A DNA stretch of 63,295 nt, counting the filler, from Octopus bimaculoides (Eukaryota), in the NCBI RefSeq assembly GCF_001194135.2. It is 7 parts of 7 records of this genome, joined end to end, with 100 filler letters (N's around TTAATTAATTAA, not from the genome) between each part and the next. Parts side by side here need not be neighbours in the genome. Positions count along the whole stretch, not along the records: positions 1 to 8,670 come from NC_068991.1; positions 8,771 to 24,270 come from NC_068996.1; 5 more parts are not named here. One strand, given 5' to 3'. The notes beneath the pieces were generated by a model. That model was given only the letters and a program-made list of their open reading frames with translations, did not search any database and was not told where the DNA came from. This document shows positions 1 through 12,164 of the stretch, piece after piece. Made by a program: the position numbers and the translations under genes. Position 1 is the first letter of the stretch. Every line of letters starts with the position of its first letter.

Positions 1-376
1 TGTCCAAACTAGAATAACTAGAATATTGTTATCATCTACATATCTACAGCATAGTATTACAGCTATAGAATGTTCATCTAGAGGTAACTCCCCATACACA
101 ACCATACACATCCACGCGCACACAGAGACGGGCACGCACACGTCAACACGCACGTAAACACACGCACGCACGCACACACACACACACACTCACACACACA
201 CACACACACCACGCATACACACATACATGCACAGGTACACACGCACACAAGCGCGCGCACATGTTGCCTCTACAAATTTCACCCCTTGTAATTATCCGTC
301 TCCTGCCGCGTGTTTGCTCTGCTTTGTTTCAACACACGAATTCACATCCAGTATCATGCAAACCAAATACAAAATG

Positions 377-412
<36 letters not shown>

Positions 413-981
413 ACGTGCGTCTGTTATGCATGCTGTAAGTATGCATTGAACTTGCATAAGCTGATGAAGCCCAACATTCATTGAATTTATGTCATCATCA
501 TCATCAACTAGGAAGAAATGAAAAGTAAAGCCAACAGTGGCAAGATTTGAATTCAGAACATAACAAAATATCGCAAGCTACACTAATGGTTCTGTCATAC
601 CAGCACTCTCTACCAAATAAATAAAATACAGCTGAATTCGCTCAAGAAGAATGACTTTCTCTCGTGGATATCGTCTGAAACTTTTGCTTTAGTCTATCTC
701 ATCATTTGTTAGTCTGAAGAGGTATTTGGTACTGGCATGTGCAGAGGAAAATTCCTCAGAGCAATCCAGTTCTTGAAACGATTGAGTCAATAATGTGGAA
801 TTTGGAGGGGTCAATGGTTTAGGGAATTGAATTAGTGAAGGAGACAAGCGTACCGAATCTTTAGCATAAGAAATATTTATTGTTATTGTTGCGATAGACG
901 AGGCAGCGGTTGATATAAGCTGACAGTAGATAAATAACCAGAAAGTGTCACAAAATAATATTTCTCTCTTCTTCTTTCTAG

Positions 982-1433
982 GTGACTATAGACGTTTCTG
1001 GTGCGGTAGTGCCCATTGTATCCCGTGCTTTATAAGATACCCGAGCTGCAACGGCAAACCCAACGGTAGGAACGCAATTCCTCATCTTCGGTGGGCATCT
1101 TCTTTCATTGTGTGCCAGGATGACCGACTATTGACGTCAGCTGAGTGTCCATCAACGAACGGAAGACCGACTGTTTTTTCTCCTTATCAAAGGGATTGTG
1201 TTAGTGTGTATTCTATGCCTTCAGTCTTTGGTCGAAAACCTATTTCCTGCTCAAACAAACAAAATGGATTCTACGCAGACGTTTCAAGTTGCACACGTTT
1301 CTATGAGTGTTCAAACCAAAAAATTATTAACAAATTCAATTGCCAATCAAACATGATCTTTGATGAACAGATATCGACATGTATGCACCCCGAACAAAGT
1401 TGCTCTAAATGTGGCACAAAGTCCAATTGCTGA
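982..1433 (+). CDS. Terminal coding exon of a chitin-binding (peritrophin-A / ChtBD2) domain protein
   Basis: Polypyrimidine tract plus AG (tttctctcttcttctttctag, 961-981) gives a phase-1 exon open to TGA at 1431-1433. C-terminal domain C-x13-C-x5-C-x10-C-x12-C-x6-C with 'NGFYAD..SC.RFYEC' and 'IFDE....C' fits the peritrophin-A spacing. It is preceded by a mollusc-type atypical unit 'C..RYPSCNGKPNG.N...VC.DDR'. Upstream exons not identified. Confidence 0.82.
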
Positions 1434-1538
1434 GATTTTTCTTTAAATGCCATACATAACTATATAACACATTGTATATGTTTGGAAAACAAACATATAC
1501 AAAAAGACTATTAAACCTTAAATTCTTTCATTTTCCCA

Positions 1539-1544
1539 AATAAA
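1539..1544 (+). terminator. Candidate polyadenylation signal of the chitin-binding gene
   Basis: AATAAA ~105 nt after the stop codon. Confidence 0.35.
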
Positions 1545-2425
1545 ATTCAAAGATATATATATATATATATATATATAATTTGTTTTAATGCATTGTAATT
1601 GGTTGGATTAAGTTTGATGAATAATAACCACTGCATTGTTTTATTCCTGTCGGATTCGACCATACCTTTCATCTCTCTAGGGCTTAAAATGAAGTAACAG
1701 TAAAACACCAAGCCCATTTCAATCAATTAACCCTCAACTTACAAAATTGTGGCCTTGTGCAAATGTAAGATATCATATTGTAATATATTTCAGAACATAA
1801 CTGCGAACTAACAATAAATTTTAGGTCGCTATGATGATATATTGTAACATATCTACACTTTGGTGTTTTAAATATATCAACACTGCAACTCTACCTATTG
1901 CCTTTGGTTTTTATTTTTCTTTCAAAGTTTTATCAGACTTTTGGTTGTGGTTGTTATTTCACATCTTTTATGTAGCTAATACGTTTCAAACAGTAAAAAC
2001 GAAACAAATTCTCAACTTTTTTTTTAAGTCTTCAACTTCCGTTTAGTATGTGTGAAAAGGACTCAAGAAACCAAGGAAATACTAGAATATGCTAAATGAA
2101 GACAAAAGAAAACCAAAGGGAGTAAAAGAAAAGTGAAAGAATAGAGGAAAAGGTGTCCAGAAATATGAGGGAAGTAGCGAGAGGGAGAGTAATCTAAATG
2201 AAAAGAGAGAGAGCGGAAGAGAGATGAGGGGGGGGGGGTTAAATCAAAGATTGTGAAAGATAATGCGAGAGAAAAGTGAAAATAGTGTGAAAGAGAGAGA
2301 AGAGAATTAAAGAAGGAAGAGAATGAGATAAAATGGAAGAAAAAAAAATGAGGGAGGAAGTTGCGTGGAACAACAAACTATGTATATGACAGAGAAAGAA
2401 AGAAAGTGCGAGAGAGAGAGAGAGA

Positions 2426-2466
<41 letters not shown>

Positions 2467-3023
2467 CGAGCGAGAGACAGACAGACAGACAGAGAAGAAG
2501 CGAAAAGAAAAGAAAACACAAAACAACGATTAGCCGGTAAGACTGAAAAAAGCAAAGACAGGAGAGATACAAATGGTCACACAGAGATTGGAAAGATAAG
2601 ACAGACAACAATGTCGGAAAGGAAGAGAAACTAGGAACGAAGGTAGTCAGATACAAAGATAAGGAAAGGAAAACTGTGTCGATGGAAGAGAATCTTATAA
2701 TGATAATTATATGTTGATTTGTATATATGCAACCGAAACCACTTTTTTCTATTAGCTTCTTAAACTAAACAAGTCAAACTGTAGAAATTTTCATTACGAA
2801 TAATTTCGAGAACAAAGCAAGATCTTCGAAACGAAATTGCAAAATTAAACCAAATCCTTTAAATCTTTAGTTTAACGCTATCTCAACTGAGCTTTTCAGA
2901 CTCGCTGCGAAAGACCTCAAAAATTTTAGACATCTATCCATTTATACATACGTGGAAACTACATTACTACATTTTATTTTCCGGGATGAGATTCGAAACC
3001 GAATCTAAGAATTCTCGCTCGCC

Positions 3024-3202
3024 ATTGGCTGACCAGGCGGGAAAAATTTCTTGGTCCTGTCAAAAGTGATGGATAAGTTTCCACCCGACCACCGACCTGG
3101 CCGTGTCACAGAAAGTTCAGATGGACGAGTGACTTAAATAGGTACAAGCCACTCTTATAATGGTATATCCATCTTTCTAACTAGAATGGGCCATTATAAA
3201 TA
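3024..3202. promoter_or_regulatory. Promoter-like segment (CCAAT box, E2F-like site, TATA-like box)
   Basis: ATTGG 3024-3028, GGCGGGAAA 3036-3044, TATAAATA 3195-3202, in locally CpG-retaining sequence. Confidence 0.3.
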
Positions 3203-3699
3203 CGAGTTCCGTAGACACACAGGGGGTTAGCCAGCAAGGAGCCAACAGTCAACACCGCGATGAGATGGTGAACCCTGTGAGCAGAGCGACACGCAAGAGT
3301 TACCAGTTGCAAACCACAGAACAGACAAAATAGAGAAACAACACAATCGATCCAAATGACCAACGCACACACAAATACAAAATATGTTTTTGTACTGTCT
3401 CGTCCCATTAACATTCTCTTTCCTCCGGTTTTTGCTTTGCCGACTCAAAGTAGTTGGATACGTTATGTAGCGGCATATCTGTTTCAAGTATCCAACAAAA
3501 ATTAATACAACTCTGACCAAATAAATAATGTAAACTACATTCCTATTCTTTCTTCGTTGTTTCCCATCGATGGCGGTCCAACACGCCTAGCATCATCTGC
3601 TACACCCCACAACATCACATTCCGCTACACACACACACACACATACATACATACATACATACATACATACATACATACATACATACATACATACATACA

Positions 3700-3972
3700 T
3701 ACTGTTGGTTATATATATGAAACGATTGAAATCATATTGGGACGATCTGCATCCAGAATTAAATCAGTTTACTGCGAAGCAACTACACCAACAAGCAACA
3801 TTTGTTGAACATAGGAAGAAGGTTAGTAACTGTAACTTTATTAAAAAATCGAAAATTAACCTTCTTCCCAACTCTATAAAGAAAAACGAAAACGTGGATG
3901 ATATAGGACCAGCTAGCGACATTCCAACAGACTCCATAGTGCTTGCTAGCCAAACTACATTACTGGCTCAAA

Positions 3973-4048
<76 letters not shown>

Positions 4049-5407
4049 TAGGATTATATGGCGGTGAAATTTTCCGAGAAAAAAATAACTTTGGCTTTGA
4101 AGGACTCCTTCGAGGAGAGAGTATTCTCCGCCAAAGTAAGCAAAAAAACCCACCAGATACGGTATTAAAAGCTGTCAACGAATTTGGTGATGAGTATTTA
4201 CAACTGTGTGATGAACCCACATACTGGCAGTTTAACGCCTGTCTATATACTCTGGCTACTGCTGTAAAACAGTATATGAATGACATTCAAAAAGTAAACA
4301 AAACAGAAACAACAAACAAAGTGCCATCATGGGTTTTGAAGACAGAAAAAAAAGATAACTGGTTTACGGAAGACCATCAGTCATGTAATGATGCTTATTG
4401 CGAGCAAAAAAGTAAATCACTATATGTCCCACCAACAGAAAGTAAAGGAGATAGAAATGATGTTTGGAGACCAGAAAAAGAGGACACTCACTTGCAAATT
4501 GATTACCCTTAAGTAGGAGCTAAAAGCTGTCAGTGAAAAACTCCGACATCAGAAGAGAATAACCGAGAGAAGAACAATAAACAAAAAATTCAACCGCAAC
4601 CAGGCAGCAGTATACAGAGACATGAGAGGAGGAGCAGTAAACATCACGGAAGCGCCTTCACGAGAAGACATAGACTCCTTCTAAAGGAAAATCTGGAGTG
4701 AAGAGGAGTTTACCCAAGATGCTCTGAGGCTGGAAGAAACCCGAAGAAGTTAATGCTCCAGCGTTACATCTAAGACATACAACATTGATGGTGAAACTCT
4801 TGCAACTGTGATCTAGAAACTCCAGGATGGAAAAGCACCTGGAAGAGACTTGATTGTTGGATATTAGTACAAGAGGCTAACATTCTACGGACCATATCTT
4901 ATCAATCTGTACCAGCAAACTCGCATCGGGAACAGTAGCATGCCGCACTGGTTAACTCTGGCAGAGACAAAATTGATCCTCAAATGCAGAACCACCCACA
5001 TGGCAAAAAACTACTGGCCAATTGTATGCCAGAACTTAATGTATAAGATATATACAACATGTTTAAACCTCTTCCTCCAGGACCGTTGTGAAATCAATAA
5101 CATTATCACAGCAGAACAAGCAGCTGGGAAGAAGGGAGTCTGGAGATGTGCCGAGCAACTGTTAATCAACAAAACTGTGATGTCAGAAGTGGGAGAGCAT
5201 AGGAGGGACCTAGTTTTAATGTGACTAGACTACAAGAAAGCCTTTGACTCTACTCCCCACTCATGGATGCTAGAATCCCGTCAGCTTGCTAAAGTTCCAG
5301 ATAGCATAGTCAAAGCCATAGCTGGCCTGAATTCATCGTGGGCCACCATCTTGAAATTAAATACAAAGAGTGACTGTATTATCACTGACAGAATACAGTA
5401 TCGCAAA
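3700..5407 (+). mobile_element. R4/Dong-clade non-LTR retrotransposon, 5' half (N-terminus and RT motifs), decayed
   Basis: YMKRLKSYWDDLHPE; KAPGRDLIVGY; KNYWPIVCQNLMYKIYT; EQAAGKKGVWRCAEQLLINK; LDYKKAFDS.PHSW. Stops and frameshifts present, (TAG)n inserted at ~3972-4048. Confidence 0.9.
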
Positions 5408-5689
5408 TGGCACCTGTAACAAAACACGCTTGATTACTGCTATGATCTTCTATAACAACGAGTCTTCATCGTATTAAAAAAAAAAAGATAAGCAATTCTT
5501 TATCAGGTTTGTATCAATGTCAAAAGTTCTAGAAGATAGTATTCGTTACAGAAAGATGAAAATTTCCTTTATGCCTACGTGATACACTTCGATAACTTGT
5601 TTATATGTTAGCATGTTATCATTTTGTTTTCTTCCAGATTTTTTGCCAATGGTGAAAAAAGCAGTTTCTCACCTAAACTCAAGAATCTT

Positions 5690-6650
5690 TCATTGGAATT
5701 TCAACAACATTAACAGGGTGGTTGTTCATATATATGTAGTTGTATGCAGCCATTTAGCATCAGCACATGTGCAAATTTATGTTTTGTTTTATGCATATGT
5801 AGTTATACAAATAGCTGCATGTCTAGACATGTGCATATGTACTTATATATTAAACTTTTGGAAAGGTTTACATATTTTCACTGTTCCATTTATGGTTTTA
5901 AAAACCCTAATTTCTCAAGATTGATGAGGCAGTTCGTTACATATCCAAGTGCTCCAATAATTACGGATATAAATCTAAACGTGTAGTCCGGGTGGGGCAT
6001 TTGTAAATTTCTCATTAGTTTTTTTTTTTTCGTTGATCTTTAGCTTTATGTTGATATCTGCCGGGCAGCTGACTTCCATCACTGTACATAGTTTCTCTTC
6101 TCGGTCCCAAATCGTTATGTCTAGTCTATTGCATTTGCATTTTATTGAAGTTTTCATTGAGACATTCCACCAGTACTCTTTCATATTATGAGTGATTATG
6201 ATCTCTACCACACTCTGCGGTCTAATATCTTTGATCTCAAGATTATCCTTGTGACAGGTCTTAGTGCATAGTGTCTTGGCTAGAACACCATGTCTCATCG
6301 TTAGATGGCATTTTCGAACAAATGCTTATGATGAGGGTGATAATCTTCGGTATTAACTTCACAAAGTCTACACATCGGTTATCATTAATATAATGTTTTC
6401 CCTGCGTCTCTGCCCCTTTTGTGCATCGGGAATTCTGTAACTAATTCTTATTCCTGGATTGCAGACACACACCGTTCAAACAAAGAGTTGGGGGTCCGGT
6501 TGTCGGATCCAGATAGACTATTTTGACTATCGATGTGCTGTCATCCTGAAGTTTTCTGCTAACATATCCATGCGTATGTATGCCATTATTCAGTTTATTT
6601 CAAGCTTTCTTGTTAATAGAGAAATAACCGGTTTCTAACCTAGATCCAAG
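5690..6650 (-). mobile_element. R4/Dong-clade LINE, 5'-truncated 3' copy (zinc knuckle, RLE endonuclease, 3' UTR)
   Basis: RHGVLAK...EYWWNVSMKTSIKCKCNRLDITIWDREEKLCTVMEVSCPAD (PD-(D/E)xK type); 3' end homologous to 6655-6940. Confidence 0.85.
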
Positions 6651-6654
6651 GCTT

Positions 6655-8606
6655 CTTCATTGGAATTTCAACATCAACGACAGGATAGTTTTCGTGTGTA
6701 TGTATGTATGTATGTATGTATGTATGTATGTATGTATGGATGGATGGATAGATGGATGGATGGATGGATGTGCAGATTTGTATGTTTTACACATCTAGAC
6801 ATGCTTAAATATATTTAAATGATAAACTTCTGGAAAGTTTTACAGATTTTTACAGTTCCAGTGATGGATTGGATCTGTAGTCATCGAATTAGCTTTATCA
6901 TTTCTGGTTTTGAGAAGCCTAATTTCTCAAGATTGGTATTTAGGCAGTGTGTTGCATATCCCAGGACCCCGATAATTGCAGGTATAAACCTGAACTTGTA
7001 ATCTGGATAAAGTAACTGCAAATTTCTCAATAGTTTAGCGTAAGTGTTCTCTTTTTCACTGATCTTCAGCTTTATGTTAACATCCGCTGAGCAGCTAATT
7101 TCCACAACTGTGCACAGTTTCTCTTCTCTATTCCAAATCATTATATCAGGTCTGTTGTGCTTACATTTTATTGAGGTCTTCACTGGCACATTCCATCAGT
7201 ATTCCTTTTTATTACGAGTGGCTGTGACTTCTACCATTTTGTGGCTTCNNNNNNNNNNCATTTTATTGAGGTCTTCACTGGCACATTCCATCAGTATTCC
7301 TTTTTATTACGAGTGGCTGTGACTTCTACCATTTTGTGGCTTCTTATTTCTTTGTCCTCGGTATTATCCTTCCGACAGATTTCATTATAGAGTGTCCTAG
7401 CTACAACGTCATGTCTCATCGGTAGATAATACCGTGATGACATTTTCGAACAACTGCTTATGCTGTTGGTGATACCTCCGATGTTAACCCTACAAAGTCT
7501 GCATCGGTTGTCACATTTTCCGATTTTCCTGTATTTTTATTCCTTTTGTGCATCAGGTACTTGGTTGATATTTCCTGTTCCTGGATTGCAAACGCATACC
7601 CTTCAAAGTGGGAGGTATTAATCCCTCAATTGGTCCATGATAAACTGCTTTTATGATCGATTTTGCTATCATCACGGAGCTTTCTACTAATATATCCATG
7701 CATAGTTTTCTGCTCATATAGGCTCATCCTTTCATGTGATGATACGTTGCAGTAGAGTCGTGCGACTTCTTTGGGCATATATTCTAGGTTATCAGACAAA
7801 GAATGTTGGTCAAAGAGCTGCCTTCCAAGTCTTATGATGTTATCAGCCTCATGTATACAAACTTGGTCAAGGGATGCACTTCGACACTTGGTAGCTAAAT
7901 AATGTTGCCGAAGGGATATGACTCGACATTCAAAGGCATTTCGGATTGATATTAAGCCTCTGCTGCCTTGTTTTCGTTTTAGGTAGATGCGGTCTACGTC
8001 ATTGTTTATGTGGAAATTGTGTGCTTGTTAATATTTTTCGGGTTTTCACATCAATGGCTCGGATCTCATCAAGCAGCCCAAATGTTGATATGAGTACTGG
8101 CACTGCAAACACATTGTGAGTCACTGTTTTATTGAATGCAGAGAGTTCTGAGGTCCAAATTTTCTTTATTCGGCTGTAATATTCTTTAGTGACATATATC
8201 TTGTTACAGGTGCCATCGTACGATAATATTTTCATGCACCCCTAGATACCTGTAACATTCCTCGTCAGATACAGGGGAAACGGTGAAATCATTCATGGAG
8301 ATGTTAATAGTCTGGTTTATAGTTTTTCCCCCTTTTCACAACCATATTACAACATTTATCCTAACCAAACTCCAACCATACATCCTTTGAGAATGTTGTA
8401 ACTAGGTCAAGGCTAGTGTAATTTTTGTATTTCTGTTTTCTTGTGAACCAGTGAGATATCCTTCAGAATTCCTTAACATGAATGACAAGGACTTTACAGA
8501 AAGTATAAGAAACATCACAGAGAGGCTGTCTCCTTGGTATACGCCTTTGCGATACTGTATTCTGTCGGTGATAATACAGTCACACTTTGTATTTAATTTC
8601 AAGATG
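6655..8606 (-). mobile_element. R4/Dong-clade LINE, 3' half (RT C-terminal part, zinc knuckle, RLE)
   Basis: GVYQGDSLS; EGYAFAIQEQEISTKYLMH..RCRLC; HNRPDIMIWNREEKLCTVVEISCSAD...QIQSITGTVKICKTFQKF. Confidence 0.9.
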
Positions 8607-8714
8607 TATGTATGTATGTATGTATGTATGTATGTATACATACATACATACATACATACCTATATATATANNNNNNNNNNNNNNNNNNNNNNNNNNNNNN
8701 NNNNNNNNNNNNNN

Positions 8715-8726
8715 TTAATTAATTAA
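8715..8726. other. Artificial scaffold-join linker TTAATTAATTAA within a ~100-bp N-gap (also 24315, 35236, 43008, 53029, 57457)
   Basis: Identical 12-mer centred in six equal-sized gaps. Confidence 0.95.
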
Positions 8727-8911
8727 NNNNNNNNNNNNNNNNNNNNNNNNNNNNNNNNNNNNNNNNNNNNGAGTGTCGTCAGACCTCCCCTCCACTAGTC
8801 CTCTATAGAACGCATTGGTCGTTTGGAAGTTGCACAAGTTTGATCCCGGACGGCAGAGCTGTTGTAGAGCTTGGCGACACTCGCGGTGCCATTCGCCCAG
8901 TTTCGGTCTCT

Positions 8912-9027
<116 letters not shown>

Positions 9028-9209
9028 AAGACAGACAGACAGATAGATAGGTAGGTAGGTAGGTAGGTAGGTAGGTAGGTAGGTTGGTAGGTAGGTAGGC
9101 AGGCAGGCAGGTAGGTAGGTATAGCTGTACATATGAACATTAATGGAAAGGCATTTACTTGCCTGAATTCATTTACACTTTGATAGGTTCTATTTTTCAT
9201 CCTTTAGGA

Positions 9210-9516
9210 CAGATGTTCTCAAACTTTCTGCCCCCACCCATGACCACATAATACCCTCAACGCCCCTATTTCTATATATGAATAGAAATTTTATATTTTA
9301 CTAATTTATATATACTATAAATTATTTGATATTTAATGTTATTATATAATTTGTATGCAATACTATAATAATAATATAAATTCATAAGTGTCCCCCAACC
9401 CACTGCCTTTCTCCCAATACCTCCTTTTTCTCTACTGCCCCACTCAGACACCAGCACCCACCTGGACCCTCTCAATGCCCACCGGGAGGCAGTAGCGCCC
9501 ACTTTGAGAACCTACA
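9210..9516. mobile_element. Non-autonomous hAT (Charlie-like) MITE
   Basis: Imperfect TIRs CAGATGTTCTCAAA / TTTGAGAACCTACA; 8-bp TSD ctttagga / ctttaggg. Confidence 0.75.
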
Positions 9517-9749
9517 CTTTAGGGTGTTTGAAAATCAACCTCTACTTCACCAAGCAGGTTTGGCAGGTAGGGTTTACTTGTTTAGTCACCATTAGCTTAA
9601 ATATTCACAGATTATAGTGGTGTACTAAGTTAGCAAAAGCAGGTTTCTGATTATCAAATTCCTGATCTGACGTAAAATGTACAAAATATTGAGTGTGTGT
9701 GTGTGTATCTAGCTATTAATCTCTCTGTCTGTCTTTGTATGCCATCATC

Positions 9750-10010
9750 ATCATCATCATAATCATCATATTATGTCCTCCTACACTGGCATAGATTGTC
9801 GGGTTTGACAGCAGGTAACCAGTCAGAAGACTGCCAGGTCCTACTGACTGCTTTGACATTGTTTCAATGGTTAGATGCCCTTCCTAACGCCAACCACTTT
9901 ACAAAGTGTACTGGGTACTTTTTACGAAGCACTAGCAGTAGTGACGTCACCAAGTAACTTGCAAGACAAGACTCCTCTAACTTGAGGAGGTGGTTTTGTG
10001 CCAGGAGATG
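9750..10010 (-). mobile_element. Old RTE LINE 3' UTR with (CAT)n tail
   Basis: Similar to 36230-36380 (gatgcccttcctaacgccaaccact). Confidence 0.7.
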
Positions 10011-10031
10011 TGAGGCTAATTTATGAATAGA

Positions 10032-10368
10032 GGGACAGGCGTATGGCTCAGTGGTTAGAGCGTCGAGCTTACGATTGTGAGGTTGTGAGTTTAAATCCTG
10101 GACCGGGTCGCGTGTTGTGTTCTTGAGCAAGACACTTTATTTCACGTTGCTCCAGTTCACTCAGCTGCAGAAATGAGTTGTGACGTCACAGGTGCCAAGC
10201 TGTATTGGCCTTTGCCTTTCCCTTGGATAACACTGGTGGCATGGAGAGGGGAGGGCGGTATGCATGGACGACTGCAGGTCTTCCATAAACAACCTTGCCC
10301 AGACATGTGCCTCAGAGGGTAACTTTCTAGGTGCGATCCCATGGTCAGTCATGACCGAAGGGGGTCTC
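10032..10368 (+). mobile_element. tRNA-derived SINE with CORE-like central segment
   Basis: A box TGGCTCAGTGG, degenerate B box GAGTTTAAATCC, then gtgttgtgttcttgagcaagacact. Confidence 0.75.
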
Positions 10369-10859
10369 AGCAGAGGACAGGAAATTGGTGTCTTGCACTA
10401 AGTTAGACATATGGTTACCTCATTAAGAAAGAGAGAGAGGTGAGAGAGAAGTATATACTCAAGTTACAGGGAAGTGGACCTGGATTGGAGAGGGTGGTTG
10501 AGTTCTTGAGATTGCGAAAGGAGAGTGGATGGTGGAGGGGAGAGGATGTAGCATGTGAACACAGTTAAAGAGATGAGGTGTTAGGAGAATGCTGTGAAGA
10601 AGAAGTTTAACAGGGACACATTGTATGTAGGTAGGTTCATGAGTGTATGAAAGGAGAATGGAGGATAGAGGGAAGGGGAATACAGCAAGTGAGATGGGGT
10701 AGGAGTTTGGAAGATGGGTTGTTTGGAAGAAGTTTTCCAGGGGCACCTTGTGTGCAGGGGTGTGGACATAAATGACATGTCTTTACAACCTTGATTTTTA
10801 TTTAGCTGGACATGTTTCCTCAAGCACAACAAATCACAAATCATCTCAATCCTATACTA

Positions 10860-11060
10860 TCTCCTCTGTGAAGATCAATATTTGATCATTTTTCACCACT
10901 TTATCCCACATGTTCCTGGGTTTTCGTCTACAGGTTCCCTCCACATTTAGAGATCAACACATCTTTATGCAGCTGTCCTCATCCATACACATCACACAAC
11001 CATACCAGTTCACTCTTCTTTCTTGCACACAACAGCTGAAGCTTTGTATACTCAATTTTC
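10860..11060 (-). mobile_element. RTE LINE RT C-terminal fragment
   Basis: CCVQERRVNWYGCVMCMDEDSCIKMC, homologous to 35460-35560. Confidence 0.75.
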
Positions 11061-11084
11061 TCTCATATATTTTTTCATTTTTTT

Positions 11085-11570
11085 TTTTCATTTTATCTAG
11101 TTTCAGCTCATGAGCTGTGGCCATGCTGGGGCACCGCCATTTGGTGTTGCTACACAATTTTACTTCACAAATTTTACTTCAGGAATTGACATTTGGTGCA
11201 TGAGAGAGTTTGATGCAGCTGCTCTCATCTGCACCTCCTGCCGTGAAGTTGGTTCATCTGGGACACCTGACAGGAAGAGGTCCAGCCTCATCTTGAAGAC
11301 ACCTACATCCACCGCATGCAGGTCTCTCAGGTCCTTCGGGAGGATATTGAAGAGCTGTGGACCTCTGAAGCCCAGGCCATTGCAGTATCTTGTCCTACAT
11401 CTTGATGGCAAGTTTGGAGTCCTTGGCACTATGCAATGGCGTCCAGTTCTTTTATTTGTGTAACTTTCGATGCCAAAGTTTGGGACAATTCCTTCGAGGA
11501 TCTTCCAGATGTATATTATGACATATCTTTTTCGTCTATGCTCTAAGGAATAGAGTCTTAATCTCTTGAG
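11085..11570 (-). mobile_element. CR1/L2-type LINE 3' end (RT C-terminus and 3' UTR)
   Basis: LKRLRLYSLEHRRKRYVIIYIWKILEG...RGPQLFNILPKDLR...FKMRLDLFLSGVPDEP, then stop and a short UTR. Confidence 0.85.
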
Positions 11571-11589
11571 ATATATATATATATAATTA

Positions 11590-11790
11590 ATCCAAAGAGA
11601 AAACGATGAAAAAACACGAGAAAAAAACAACAACGTGAGGACGTGTTACATGTAAAGTATTAACAGATGCTCAGGGAAGGAAAGAAAGGAAGCTTTATGC
11701 TTTGAGCAAAGCTGTTCTTCAGAAACAGAAAACAGAGGAAAGTCCATGAGGAAAGGAAGAAGGAGGAAAAAATTCACCAACAATCCACAT
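11590..11790 (-). mobile_element. Penelope-like pseudo-LTR remnant with degenerate hammerhead motif
   Basis: Minus strand gtttCTGAAGAacagctttgctcAAAGCATAaagc (11692-11726). Confidence 0.45.
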
Positions 11791-12056
11791 GTAGTTACAT
11801 TTCGAAAATGTGTATATATATATATATGTATATACAGAGAGAGACAGAGACAGAGAGAATATAAAAAGAATGTCAAAATGTATGAGATGAATATATTTAT
11901 TTCATCAGTTGATATCCATAGGATGACAGCCATTTTGCAGCCAACATTATGCAACTTTCTTTGAAATAATCTTAACTGATTGGATTCACTGGTTCATATA
12001 AATCCATATATTGTGCATTAAATTTATATATATACATACATATATATATATTATAT

Positions 12057-12113
<57 letters not shown>

Positions 12114-12164
12114 ATATAATATATATATAATATATATATATAATATAAATAATATATAAATATA

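Noticed and set aside
715-790. CTGAAGA ... GAAAC hammerhead-like spacing
   Set aside because: Stems I and III do not pair and stem II cannot close at the core
3218-3300. Possible HDV-like ribozyme upstream of the R4 element (minus-strand GGCTAA, CACC/GGTG)
   Set aside because: No P1 partner found, L3 does not fit, and orientation is opposite to the LINE
7169-7345. Direct ~80-bp duplication flanking a 10-N gap
   Set aside because: Overlapping contig ends, a typical assembly artefact
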